DNA from: Candidatus Deferrimicrobiaceae bacterium
GTDB taxonomy: Bacteria; Desulfobacterota; Deferrimicrobia; Deferrimicrobiales; Deferrimicrobiaceae
DNA: 64,000 nucleotides
Reading direction: 5' to 3'
Assembly (NCBI GenBank): GCA_963792415.1
Contig: CAWBVY010000007.1
Span: 172,286 to 236,285 of the forward strand
A model generated the notes under the pieces. That model did no database searches. It was not told where the DNA came from and was given only the letters and a program-made list of their open reading frames with translations. This document shows positions 50,348 through 59,423 of this stretch, one piece after another. The stretch's first letter is position 1. Every line of letters begins with the position of its first letter. The position numbers and the translations under genes were made by a program.

Positions 50348-52087
50348 CTATTTCGATGCCGTCTTCTTCTCGAGAGCGTCGTTGATCAGTTTTATCCCTT
50401 TTCGCGACTCCTCTACCGACCTCGTCAACGACTCCCGGGCCAGGGTCGGGTTGTGGAAGCCGTCGGAGTTCTCCGCCGTCCACCACTCCCAGAGGACGTG
50501 CGCCTTCTGGTGCTGCTCCTGCGCCTCCTTGATCGTCTCGGGGGGCAGCCCCGACTTCTTCCCCTCGACGATCTTGTCGATCAGGGCCGAGAGCCAGAAC
50601 TCCGCCTTCCGCATCTTCCCCTTGGTGAAGTTCCGGACGGAGTCGATCTCGTAATTTGCCTGTGTCTCCGTCAGGTCCGGGTGGCACTTCGACGTGAGGC
50701 ACGTCTGCCTCAGATAATTCCGCGGACTCGTCTGCCAGTGAGAGGTGTACACCTTCCCCTTCGCGTTGCGCACCTTCGGCATGTGGCAGGAGTTGCAGCT
50801 CGCCCCCGCCCTGTCGTGCGTCGATCCCCAGAACGTCTCCGCCTCCGGGTGCTGGGCCTTCCACAGGAGCCCGCCGGTCAAGGTGTGCTTGAAGTCGCGG
50901 AACCCGAGGTCGTTGTAATGATCGTAGATCTGGAGGACGTTCTTGAACGGGAAGTGGTTCGTCCTCTGATCCGACGCCTTGATCGAGTATTCGCCGGTCT
51001 TCGTGTCGAAGCCGGGGTTGCAGTTATACTCGACGTGGCACTGGCCGCACTGCAGCTTCGCGTCGTACTTCTCCAGCAGGGCGATCTTCCGGAAACCGCC
51101 GCGGTACTCCTTCACGTCGATCTTCGTCGCCTTCGGGTCCTTGTGCCAGAGCGTGTCCTTCTCCGGGCGGGTCAGCGCCTGGATCAGGCCGTCACGAACG
51201 ATCCGGGGCTTCGTCGCGTGCGGGTCGTGGCACATGAAACAGTTCATCGCCGTGTTCAGTTCCTTCACGTATTCCACCACGTTCGAACCGCGGTTCCACT
51301 TCGCCCGATCGTCCTTGTCCCCCATGTACTTCCACTGGAGGATCTTGTCCTGCGTCTTGCACTGCAGGCAGGTCGGGTTCGCCGCCGCCGCGCTCTCCGG
51401 GAGGAACGCCTTGTGCTCCTTGTTGTCCGGGTACCGGTCGACGAGCACGTCCCAAGCGTTCACCGGTCCCGGCATGGATACGTATCCCCACCCGTCCTTC
51501 GCCTGGAACCGCCCGCCGTACGCCCGGTCGACGATCAGGTGGTCGACGAGCATGAAGGCGTGGCTGCGTGGGTTGGCGTGTTCCTTCGTAAAGCCGTGCC
51601 CCATCATCAATTTGTCCCAGAACGGGTTCGGGGCGCGCTCCGTAAGGAGCGACTTCTCCGTTCGCGCAGGCTTCTTCAGATTCAGGGTCGCGAAACTCGC
51701 GTACTGGTCCGGGTGGCAGCGGCCGCACGTCTCGAGGTCGACGCGTGTCGCCGGCCGCTTGTCGCTGTCTTTCAGGTGGTCCGCCGTCCCGTCATGGCAG
51801 TTCGTGCAGTTGACCTTCGCATGCTTCCCGCCCCGCTTCAGCGCCTGGATCTCGTCGTGGCACTCGAAGCACTTCTCCTCGCGGACCGCGGGATCCGACG
51901 CTTTCGGTGCTTTCGGCACGGCCCGGACCGTCATCGGGCCATAGACTGCGGCCTCCGTGCCCGTGTCCGTATTTGCGGAGACGGGGGCCTTCGCCGTGCT
52001 CCCTTTTCCTGCAGCGGCACTACCCGTGGTCAGGTACATCGGAACCGCGGACAACAGGACGATCCCTGCCAGCGCAAGACGTTTCAT
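50348..52087 (-). CDS. nrfA: Ammonia-forming octaheme cytochrome c nitrite reductase (NrfA/ONR family)
   Basis: Hemes CFECH, CTNCH, CGRCH, CLQCK (catalytic), CFMCH, CGQCH, CNSCH, CLTSKCH; KAQHPE, AENSDGFHNP. Confidence 0.9.
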   Translation of the reverse strand: MKRLALAGIVLLSAVPMYLTTGSAAAGKGSTAKAPVSANTDTGTEAAVYGPMTVRAVPKAPKASDPAVREEKCFECHDEIQALKRGGKHAKVNCTNCHDGTADHLKDSDKRPATRVDLETCGRCHPDQYASFATLNLKKPARTEKSLLTERAPNPFWDKLMMGHGFTKEHANPRSHAFMLVDHLIVDRAYGGRFQAKDGWGYVSMPGPVNAWDVLVDRYPDNKEHKAFLPESAAAANPTCLQCKTQDKILQWKYMGDKDDRAKWNRGSNVVEYVKELNTAMNCFMCHDPHATKPRIVRDGLIQALTRPEKDTLWHKDPKATKIDVKEYRGGFRKIALLEKYDAKLQCGQCHVEYNCNPGFDTKTGEYSIKASDQRTNHFPFKNVLQIYDHYNDLGFRDFKHTLTGGLLWKAQHPEAETFWGSTHDRAGASCNSCHMPKVRNAKGKVYTSHWQTSPRNYLRQTCLTSKCHPDLTETQANYEIDSVRNFTKGKMRKAEFWLSALIDKIVEGKKSGLPPETIKEAQEQHQKAHVLWEWWTAENSDGFHNPTLARESLTRSVEESRKGIKLINDALEKKTASK

Positions 52088-52268
52088 GCCGGCTCCCTCC
52101 TTTTGTGGTGCGTCTGATGGACCGGGTTGCGTCGAGTTGGTGGACATTAATGTGCACAGTATACAATCCGGCATAGCCGGGGGGTACTGTCCTGTCTGCG
52201 ACGTTTTTTGGGAATCCCGCTTTCTATGTGTCCTGTGTGTCCGGTATCGGGGGCAAATCATTTAGCCG

Positions 52269-52298
52269 TTGACCGTCCGAGGTCGCCCCCCGTATACT
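52269..52298 (+). promoter_or_regulatory. sigma70-like promoter of the tRNA cluster
   Basis: TTGACC-18-TATACT with GC-rich sequence before tRNA-His. Confidence 0.5.
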
Positions 52299-52324
52299 TA
52301 CTATTCGCCTTTTGGGGCGCGGGC

Positions 52325-52401
52325 GGTGAGTGTAGCTCAGTTGGCAGAGCACCAGACTGTGGCTCTGGCTGTCGCGGGTTCAATCCCCGTCACTCACCCC
52401 A
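52325..52401 (+). tRNA. tRNA-His(GTG)
   Basis: G-1 plus GTGAGTG/CACTCAC acceptor, CCAGA-CTGTGGC-TCTGG anticodon arm, C discriminator, CCA. Confidence 0.95.
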
Positions 52402-52411
52402 TCATCTTCAG

Positions 52412-52486
52412 GCGCCTGTAGCTCAGGGGATAGAGCACCGGCCTCCGGAGCCGGGTGCGGAGGTTCGATTCCTCCCAGGCGCGCCA
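52412..52486 (+). tRNA. tRNA-Arg(CCG)
   Basis: GCGCCTG/CAGGCGC acceptor, CCGGC-CTCCGGA-GCCGG anticodon arm, CCA. Confidence 0.95.
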
Positions 52487-52522
52487 TGATTTTCCGGTGT
52501 GATATTCGTTCTTTCCCAGCGT

Positions 52523-52599
52523 GGGCCATTAGCTCAACCCGGTAGAGCAGCTGACTCTTAATCAGGAGGTTGTAGGTTCGAATCCTACATGGCCCACCA
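52523..52599 (+). tRNA. tRNA-Lys(CTT)
   Basis: GGGCCAT/ATGGCCC acceptor, CTGA-CTCTTAA-TCAG anticodon arm, TTCGAAT, CCA. Confidence 0.95.
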
Positions 52600-52607
52600 G
52601 AAAAACC

Positions 52608-52641
52608 AAGGGGTTGCGGCACGCGCCGTAACCCCTTTTTC
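52608..52641 (+). terminator. Rho-independent terminator-like hairpin after tRNA-Lys (repeated at 55188 and 55833)
   Basis: AAGGGGTTGCGGC-ACGC-GCCGTAACCCCTTTTT. Confidence 0.8.
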
Positions 52642-52693
52642 GTGCAATATGATTTTTCCAAAGGCGATTCTTCTCGGGGCAGGAGCTATATGC

Positions 52694-52987
52694 TTACCCG
52701 GCCTTTTCTTGTGGCGAGTGATGCAATAGGATCTCCTTGATCTCCTCCATTGAAAACTTGTTCAGCCCCACGATCCGTGCCTGGGAACGAAAAGCCGGCG
52801 GTAATATGCGGCGGGCGTCCTCCTTGTTGTCCACCTCCACGATGAACCAGGCTCTATGGTCCCCGTCCATGCACCCCCAGTCCGTATGCGTCAGGAAATG
52901 GGAGCCGGTTTTAAGGAAGATCTCGACGACACGGGCGCACGCCACCACTTCTTCTTCATGCGGAACTTCGATGAGAAATCTTGCCAT
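52694..52987 (-). CDS. Conserved hypothetical protein (97 aa)
   Basis: MARFLIEVPHE...GSHFLTHTDWGCMDGDH; RBS GGAGG; paralog remnant at 57152. Confidence 0.7.
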   Translation of the reverse strand: MARFLIEVPHEEEVVACARVVEIFLKTGSHFLTHTDWGCMDGDHRAWFIVEVDNKEDARRILPPAFRSQARIVGLNKFSMEEIKEILLHHSPQEKAG

Positions 52988-53168
52988 GACATCCACCTCC
53001 TTGCTCCCCGGTTCTCTTCCGGTTGATGATGGTTCAGTTCCCGGATGGACCTCACTTCCTCACCACAAGTAAAAAGTCCCCTTCGCGTAGGGGAGAACAT
53101 GTCACCGCCGAGACCCGCGGTCAAACCGAATCGGTAGCCCAATCATGACTTCGGCGGGTTGGCGGTCC

Positions 53169-54878
53169 TCATGCGATCTCCTGGTCGCCGCTCAACCCGA
53201 CCGTAACGCCTGCCTCCAAGGACACCGGGGTCTTGAGGTACTCGCGGATGAAAGGCATTGCCACAGCGCCCTCGCCGACGGCCGAGCCGACGCGTTTGGT
53301 CGAGCCGGAGCGCACGTCCCCAGCCGCAAATACACCAGGCATGCTCGTCTCGAACCGGGTGGGGGGATGGTCGAGAGGCCAGTCCGCCGCTTCCTTGTTC
53401 ACGTCTGCTCCGGTCACGATGAAGCCCTTGGCATCGCGCTGAACCGCGTCCACCAGCCATTCCGTGTGCGGTTGCGCGCCGATGAGGACGAAGAGCGCCG
53501 AGGTGGGACGCGTCTCCCGAAGCCCCCGTTCCCTGTCGGCGATCGTGAGCCGCTCAAGCTGGCCGTCGCCGTGGCCTTCGACGGCTTCCGTCCGGAAGCG
53601 CACCTCGACGTTCGGCCGGGCACGAATCTCGCGCACCAGGTAGTCGGACATGTGCTGCTCCAGCGAATCCCCGCGCACCAGGAGGGTCACGCTCCTCGCG
53701 AATCTCGCGAGATGGACGACACCCTGTCCGGTCGAGTTCCCCGCGCCGATCACGAAGACGTCCTTCCCCTCGACAATTCGCGCATCGCTCGGGACGATAT
53801 AGAAGACCCCGGCCCCCGTGAAGCGCTCCAGTCCCGGGATGCCGAGGCGGCGATAGGCCGCCCCGGTGGCGATGAGCACGCTTTTCGCGACGATCTCCGT
53901 CCCGTCCGCCAGTGCAACGACGCGATCCGTCCCCCGGGCCTCGAGCCGGCGCGCCTCGCGCGCGAAAATGTATTTCGTCCCGAAGAGCCAGGCCTGCTCG
54001 TACGCGCGCTGAGCCAGTGCGGCGCCGCTGATGCCGCGCGGGAAACCGAGGTAGTTCCGGATCAGTGAACTGGTGCCCGCCTGCCCGCCTACCGCTTCCC
54101 GCTCGATGACGAGGGTGCGCAATCCCTCCGAGGATGCGTACACGGCGGACGCGAGGCCCGCAGGGCCGCCCCCCACGATGGCGAGGTCGCAGGTCGGTTC
54201 TTCGACGTCGGTTGCGCCGAGCGCGTCCATGATCTCGGCGTTCGTGGGGTTGGATAGGACGTGCCCGTCGAGGAGGACGACGGCGGGCAACCGGGTCGGG
54301 TCGAGCCGAGCCTTTTCGATGAGCCGCAGGCCCTCCCCGGAGTCCGCGCGGTAGAAGCCGTGCGGGATTCCGTTCCTCTCGAGCAGATCACGGATCTCGC
54401 GGGACCGTGGCGAGGGATCCTCGCCGAGAATGCGAACGATCTCCATCCGCGGCCCGTGGATCCGTGTCCAGTCCGCGAGGAACTCCCCGATGGCAGGATA
54501 GAGATGAACTTCCGGCGGGGACCAGGGTTTGTGCAGGTAGTTATCGAGCCGCCCCATGGCGCAGCCTTCCAGGATCGCCGGCGCGGCAGACCGGTCGCCC
54601 CATTCCACCAGAAGCGCGCGCTGGGCGTCCCGGAAGATCTTGTGGGCATGGACCAGCAGGTCGGACCCGGTCATCTCCGGCATCCACTGATCCGCGATGA
54701 CGAGGGCGACGCGCTCTCCATCGCTCTTGAGGCGCTCGAGTTCGGCCAGCGCGCCGAGCGTGGTCAGATGAGGAATGACGCGGTAGTCCGCGCCGTAGCG
54801 GCGGGTCAGGGCGTCCAGCAGGGAGGCGAGAGCGGCAGGTTCATCATCCACGACAATGATGTTCGGGCGGGCGTTCAT
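53169..54878 (-). CDS. Response regulator receiver fused to thioredoxin reductase-like flavoprotein
   Basis: IVVDDE...IADQWMP receiver; GGGPAG, GGQAGTSSLIRNYLGFP, GAGNS, GVFAAGDVR; no CxxC. Confidence 0.85.
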   Translation of the reverse strand: MNARPNIIVVDDEPAALASLLDALTRRYGADYRVIPHLTTLGALAELERLKSDGERVALVIADQWMPEMTGSDLLVHAHKIFRDAQRALLVEWGDRSAAPAILEGCAMGRLDNYLHKPWSPPEVHLYPAIGEFLADWTRIHGPRMEIVRILGEDPSPRSREIRDLLERNGIPHGFYRADSGEGLRLIEKARLDPTRLPAVVLLDGHVLSNPTNAEIMDALGATDVEEPTCDLAIVGGGPAGLASAVYASSEGLRTLVIEREAVGGQAGTSSLIRNYLGFPRGISGAALAQRAYEQAWLFGTKYIFAREARRLEARGTDRVVALADGTEIVAKSVLIATGAAYRRLGIPGLERFTGAGVFYIVPSDARIVEGKDVFVIGAGNSTGQGVVHLARFARSVTLLVRGDSLEQHMSDYLVREIRARPNVEVRFRTEAVEGHGDGQLERLTIADRERGLRETRPTSALFVLIGAQPHTEWLVDAVQRDAKGFIVTGADVNKEAADWPLDHPPTRFETSMPGVFAAGDVRSGSTKRVGSAVGEGAVAMPFIREYLKTPVSLEAGVTVGLSGDQEIA

Positions 54879-55187
54879 GCATTCCCTCCTGCATCGTGCT
54901 TGGCACGGGGGGGGGGGGAGAATTGCAACGCTTCCGTGCTTCGTCTCCTGCAAGCCTTCGCACCTGTTGCCTGGTCCTGCGCCAGCGGAGCCCGATAAAG
55001 TCCGTCCCCCCTCTCCTCGAAGATTAGATGTCGGGCCTCTCCGAACCGGTTCCATGGGAGGGGATTTTCCCCGGAACCCGCACGGACTGCATACCCCGTG
55101 CAAACAACCGCCTTTCTCGTGCGCGGCGGGAAGATACGGTTTCAGACCTTCGCCGCCTACCTGGACGGCTGAGGTAATTGTTGCGCG

Positions 55188-55220
55188 AGGGGTGGCGGTT
55201 ACCGCTGCAGCCCCTTTTTC
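55188..55220 (+). repeat. Degenerate copy of the post-tRNA-Lys hairpin
   Basis: AGGGGTGGCGGTTACCGCTGCAGCCCCTTTTTC. Confidence 0.5.
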
Positions 55221-55357
55221 GTTGACCCGTGAAGTAATTGTGACGCTGATTCCGGCCGAACGGGTGCGCCATCAGCACCCCATTATTCTTTCATAAGTCC
55301 CACCTGTGCCCCGGGTTTGCGCATCAAAAGGGAATGAATCGGGAGGAATCCACTCCG

Positions 55358-55856
55358 ATGCCCATCGAAGAGAAAGGCGCTTGTCCGACGGTTTTGCGAA
55401 GAGATCGACAAGGGCAACATTGATGCGATGGATGACCTTGTGGCAGAGGATTATCTTGACCACAATCCTCCGCTGTTACCCGGGTTGGCATCCGGGAGAG
55501 AGGGCTTGAAACAGGCGTTCAAAATCTTTCTTAATGCAACGCCTGGCCGTCTTCACATTGAAGACCAGATCTCCGAGGGCGACAAGGTAGTGACACGCCT
55601 GACCGCGATTGGCAAACACGAAGGCGACCTTCCGGGCGCCCCCCGGACCGGAAACACCCTCAAGATGACCTCGATAACGATCCATTGCATCGAGAACGGG
55701 AAACTCGTCGAGAAGTGGTCCGGGAAGGATGCATTGGGATTCCTGGTACAGATTGGCGTCATGCCGCCGCCAGGACAGCGTGAAACAGCAACCGCTACTC
55801 TGCCGGTGCACGAATCGCAAGCCGAAAAAGCCAAGGGGTTACGGCACACGCCGTAG
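55358..55856 (+). pseudogene. SnoaL-like ester cyclase, frameshifted near 55373
   Basis: MPIEE/KALVRRFCEEIDKGNIDAMDDLVAEDY...IEDQISEGDKVVTR...GKLVEKW; ATG and body are in different frames. Confidence 0.7.
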
Positions 55857-55866
55857 CCCCTTTTTC
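55824..55866 (+). repeat. Near-identical copy of the post-tRNA-Lys hairpin
   Basis: GAAAAAGCCAAGGGGTTACGGCACACGCCGTAGCCCCTTTTTC versus 52600-52641. Confidence 0.8.
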
Positions 55867-56002
55867 TTTCCATATTCCGAAACGTTCCCGATCCGGGTGG
55901 TATCAAAATATATAATAAATAACATTTCTTTCCAAGGGAGATGCCCCCCCATCAAGGAACGAACAATCGGAGGAACACCCCCACATATCACAACCCCGGG
56001 AG

Positions 56003-57103
56003 GTGCAGGTCGTGCAGGAAGCCAGGAAAATTCCCGAATTCAATTCCGAAAAAGCCGAAACATTCGCCGGAGAATTACTATCGGCCCTGAACCACGGCGC
56101 GCTCTGCCTGATGACCTCCATAGGTCACCGCACCGGGCTGTTCGACACCATGAGCGTCCTTCCCCCATCGACCGCGAACGCGATCGCCGAAAAAGCCGGG
56201 TTGAACGAGCGATATGTGCGGGAATGGCTGGGGGCCATGGTAACCGGGGGGGTGATCGAGGTGGACCCGTCAACCGGGAAATACCGGTTGCCGGCGGAAC
56301 ACGCTGCGTATCTGACGCGCGCCGCTGCCGCGGACAACATGGCGGTCTTCTCGCAGTACATTGCCGTCCTGGGCTGTGTCGAGGACGAAATTGTCGAATG
56401 TTTTTTCAAGGGGGGAGGAGTCCCTTACGAAAAGTTCCCGCGATTCCACGCTGTCATGGCGGAAGACAGCGGGCAATCCGTTCTCTCCTCGCTTGAATCC
56501 TACATCCTTCCCCTTGTGCCCGGGCTGACCGACCGGCTCGCCACCGGCATCCGCGGGCTGGACATCGGTTGCGGCAGCGGCCGAATCTTGAACCGTCTGG
56601 CGGAACTGTACCCTGACAGCCACTTCACCGGGATCGATCTTTCGCCGGAGGCGATCGGGAAGGCACGCGCCGAGGCATCGCAAAAAGGGTTGCGGAACAT
56701 CGAGTTCGTCGTCCGGGATCTGACCGGTTTCGAGGCAACCGCGAAGACCGGGGAGTTCGATCTCATCACGACGTTCGACGCCGTGCACGACCAGGCAAGG
56801 CCACTCGATGTCCTGAAAGGAATCCATCGCGCATTGAATGCCAACGGGTGGTACCTGATGCAGGATATCCGGGGATCGAGCCACGTGCACAAAAACTTCG
56901 ATTACCCGATCGGTACCTTCCTGTACGCCATCTCAACCATGCACTGCATGACCGTGTCGCTGGCGCAGGGCGGCGAAGGACTCGGCGCGATGTGGGGCGA
57001 GGAAAAGACGCGCGAATATCTGCAGAAAGCCGGTTTCCGGCACGTTCAAACGCATCGACTGGCACACGATATCCAGAACAACTGGTACATGGTGAAAAAG
57101 TGA
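56003..57103 (+). CDS. Class I SAM-dependent methyltransferase with N-terminal wHTH (Rv2258c-like)
   Basis: GHRTGLF, ERYVREWL, LDIGCGSG, FDAVHD, MHCMTVSLAQGGEGLG. Confidence 0.88.
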   Translation: MQVVQEARKIPEFNSEKAETFAGELLSALNHGALCLMTSIGHRTGLFDTMSVLPPSTANAIAEKAGLNERYVREWLGAMVTGGVIEVDPSTGKYRLPAEHAAYLTRAAAADNMAVFSQYIAVLGCVEDEIVECFFKGGGVPYEKFPRFHAVMAEDSGQSVLSSLESYILPLVPGLTDRLATGIRGLDIGCGSGRILNRLAELYPDSHFTGIDLSPEAIGKARAEASQKGLRNIEFVVRDLTGFEATAKTGEFDLITTFDAVHDQARPLDVLKGIHRALNANGWYLMQDIRGSSHVHKNFDYPIGTFLYAISTMHCMTVSLAQGGEGLGAMWGEEKTREYLQKAGFRHVQTHRLAHDIQNNWYMVKK

Positions 57104-57234
57104 GGTGAACCGCGTTTCCGATATGGATTTCACCGCAGGAGGTCCGGCGCCATGGCGAGATTTCTACTCGAAGTGCCGCATGAAGCGGAATCGCGTGGGG
57201 CAGCAACCTCAGGAGCGGAGAAAAAGGAGGTCCC

Positions 57235-58011
57235 ATGTCTATCGAGGTGAAGGTAGATCCCCGGATATTGCGCGAGCAGGTGAAGGAGAAATACCGCGAG
57301 GTGGCCATGAATCCTCGCGGCAGTTTTCACTTCCACACCGGGAGGCCGCTCGCGTCCCGGTTGGGGTACGACGAGAGCGTCATCGCATCGTTCCCAGAGT
57401 CGGCGGTTGCGTCGTTCGCCGGGGTGGCGAATCCCTTTTCCCTGCGCTCCCTGTCGGAAGGGGAGCGGGTGGTTGATCTCGGATCGGGGGGAGGATTCGA
57501 CTGTTTCGTGGCTGCGATGCAGGTTGGCACCAAAGGACATGTCGTTGGTGTGGACATGACGCGGGAGATGCTTCTCAAGGCCCGTGGGGCAGCGGCGGAG
57601 ATGGGCCTGAATCACGTGGAGTTTCGTGAAGGGTTGATAGAAGACCTTCCCGTCGGGGATGGATGGGCGGACGTGGTGATCAGCAACGGCGTGATCAATC
57701 TCTGCGCGGACAAGCGGCGAATATTTTCGGAGATCGATCGGGTGCTCCGTCCCCGGGGGAGGATTCAGTTCGCTGACATAGCACACGGCAAGCCGGTCCC
57801 GGAGGAGGTGATCCGCAACATCGACCTCTGGACGGGTTGAATCGCCGGGGGCCTGCCGTGCGCAGGCTGGGAAAGGATGCTCAGGGAAGCGGGATTCAGT
57901 GAAATCGAGATCGGGGCTGCCGTCGACACCTTCGGCGGTGCAAGGGGAGAGGGGAACGCCAGGGAGTTCGACGTTCACGGCTTTCCGTTTCTCGCCTGGA
58001 AAACTGTATAA
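57235..58011 (+). CDS. ArsM-like SAM methyltransferase selenoprotein (Sec at TGA 57838-57840)
   Basis: VDLGSGGGFD, GVDMT, ISNGVINL, DLWTG-U-IAGGLP...LREAGF; readthrough gives 56 more codons to TAA at 58009-58011. Confidence 0.82.
57850..57868 (+). promoter_or_regulatory. Putative SECIS element of the ArsM-like gene
   Basis: GGCCTGC-CGTGC-GCAGGCT hairpin 9 nt after the UGA. Confidence 0.62.
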
Positions 58012-58154
58012 TTCATATGATCGCATATTATTATTCTCCGTAACGAGAACGCATAGTGTCGTATTGCGACCGTCGGGGGTCCTTCAACATAGACCACACC
58101 ATCCGACCGCACCATGCGCCGGCCGGATATCCAACGTCCCATGGGGAGGGGATC

Positions 58155-58883
58155 ATGGCCACCGTCACCGAGATCGCTCCTGACGTCTACCGCATTTCGG
58201 CCTACGAATCCAATTTCAAGCTTCAGTTCAACCATTTCCTCGTCAAGGACAAGGAACCGCTGCTCTTCCATGCCGGGATGAAGGGGATGTTCCCGGTCGT
58301 GCGGGAAGCCGTGGCGCGGATCATCGACCCCGCAACGATCCGATGGATCGGTTTCAGTCATTTCGAGTCGGACGAGTGTGGTTCCCTGAACGAGTGGCTC
58401 CAGGTGGCCCCGCTCGCCCAACCGCTTTGTACCGTCGTGGGGGCACTCGTCAATGTTTCCGATTTCGCCTCTAGGGCGCCGCGCTGGATCCTGGAAGAGG
58501 ACGTTCTCGACACCGGGAAGTATCGGTTCCGCCTCTATGCCACCCATCACCTGCCGCACTCCTGGGATGCGGGGATGCTTTTCGAGGAGACGAACCGGAC
58601 GCTATTCGCTTCGGACCTGTTCCTCCACGGTGGTGAAGTCGAACCGCTTGTCGACACCGATGTGGTGGGGCGGGCCCGAAAGGCAATGATCGACTTTCAA
58701 TCCACTCAATTGCTGAACTCCATCTCTTACAGTTCCACCACCGAGCGCCAGATGGCGAAGCTCGCCGCTCTCCAGCCGAGGACCCTGGCAATCATGCATG
58801 GCTCCTCGTTTGCGGGCGATGGCGGGAATGCGATCCGTAACCTGGCATCGGCGATGAAGGAGGTTCTTGGAAAAGGCCAATGA
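58155..58883 (+). CDS. Metallo-beta-lactamase fold protein (flavodiiron N-terminal/ODP-like)
   Basis: [24 protein letters not shown]. Confidence 0.82.
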   Translation: MATVTEIAPDVYRISAYESNFKLQFNHFLVKDKEPLLFHAGMKGMFPVVREAVARIIDPATIRWIGFSHFESDECGSLNEWLQVAPLAQPLCTVVGALVNVSDFASRAPRWILEEDVLDTGKYRFRLYATHHLPHSWDAGMLFEETNRTLFASDLFLHGGEVEPLVDTDVVGRARKAMIDFQSTQLLNSISYSSTTERQMAKLAALQPRTLAIMHGSSFAGDGGNAIRNLASAMKEVLGKGQ

Positions 58884-58946
58884 TGCCCCCCGACAGCCGC
58901 ATTTTCCAGGGGGGCTGCGGCCGGGCCAAGCCGTACCATCTGCCCG

Positions 58947-59423
58947 CTACTTGGCAGGCGGGGGCACGGCCATCGTCATGCCGTGACGCCGGAAGACCGC
59001 CATCATCTTCGCGCGGTCGGGCGGGCCACCGGCGGCGGCATTGATTACGTCGGCAGCCTCGCGGAAGTACGCGGGGCCCATTATCGCAGGGGAGATGACG
59101 GCAAGCTGTTTCACATCCTTGCTGCCGAGGTTGTCGAAGCGGTGCACTGCCCCTCGTGGGATGCACAGTGCCTGCCCCGGACCAACCTCGATAGGCTCGC
59201 CATCAACCGTCCAGGTAAGGACGCCCTCGATACCGTAGAGGGTTTCCTCGTAGGCGTCGTTCTTGTGGGCCGGTGCCGACAGTTTCTGGCCTGCGGGGAC
59301 GAGAACCTCGAACACTGACATGTTGCTGTTGGAATCATCACCCGTGAGGAGGAACCGGATCTCCAGCGGACCAATCTTGATGGCCTCTTCCGAAGGATTG
59401 ACCCTGGTCGTACGCTGCTGCAT
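58947..59423 (-). CDS. Cupin domain protein
   Basis: PAHKNDAYEETLYGIEG...IPRGAVHRFDN. Confidence 0.85.
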   Translation of the reverse strand: MQQRTTRVNPSEEAIKIGPLEIRFLLTGDDSNSNMSVFEVLVPAGQKLSAPAHKNDAYEETLYGIEGVLTWTVDGEPIEVGPGQALCIPRGAVHRFDNLGSKDVKQLAVISPAIMGPAYFREAADVINAAAGGPPDRAKMMAVFRRHGMTMAVPPPAK

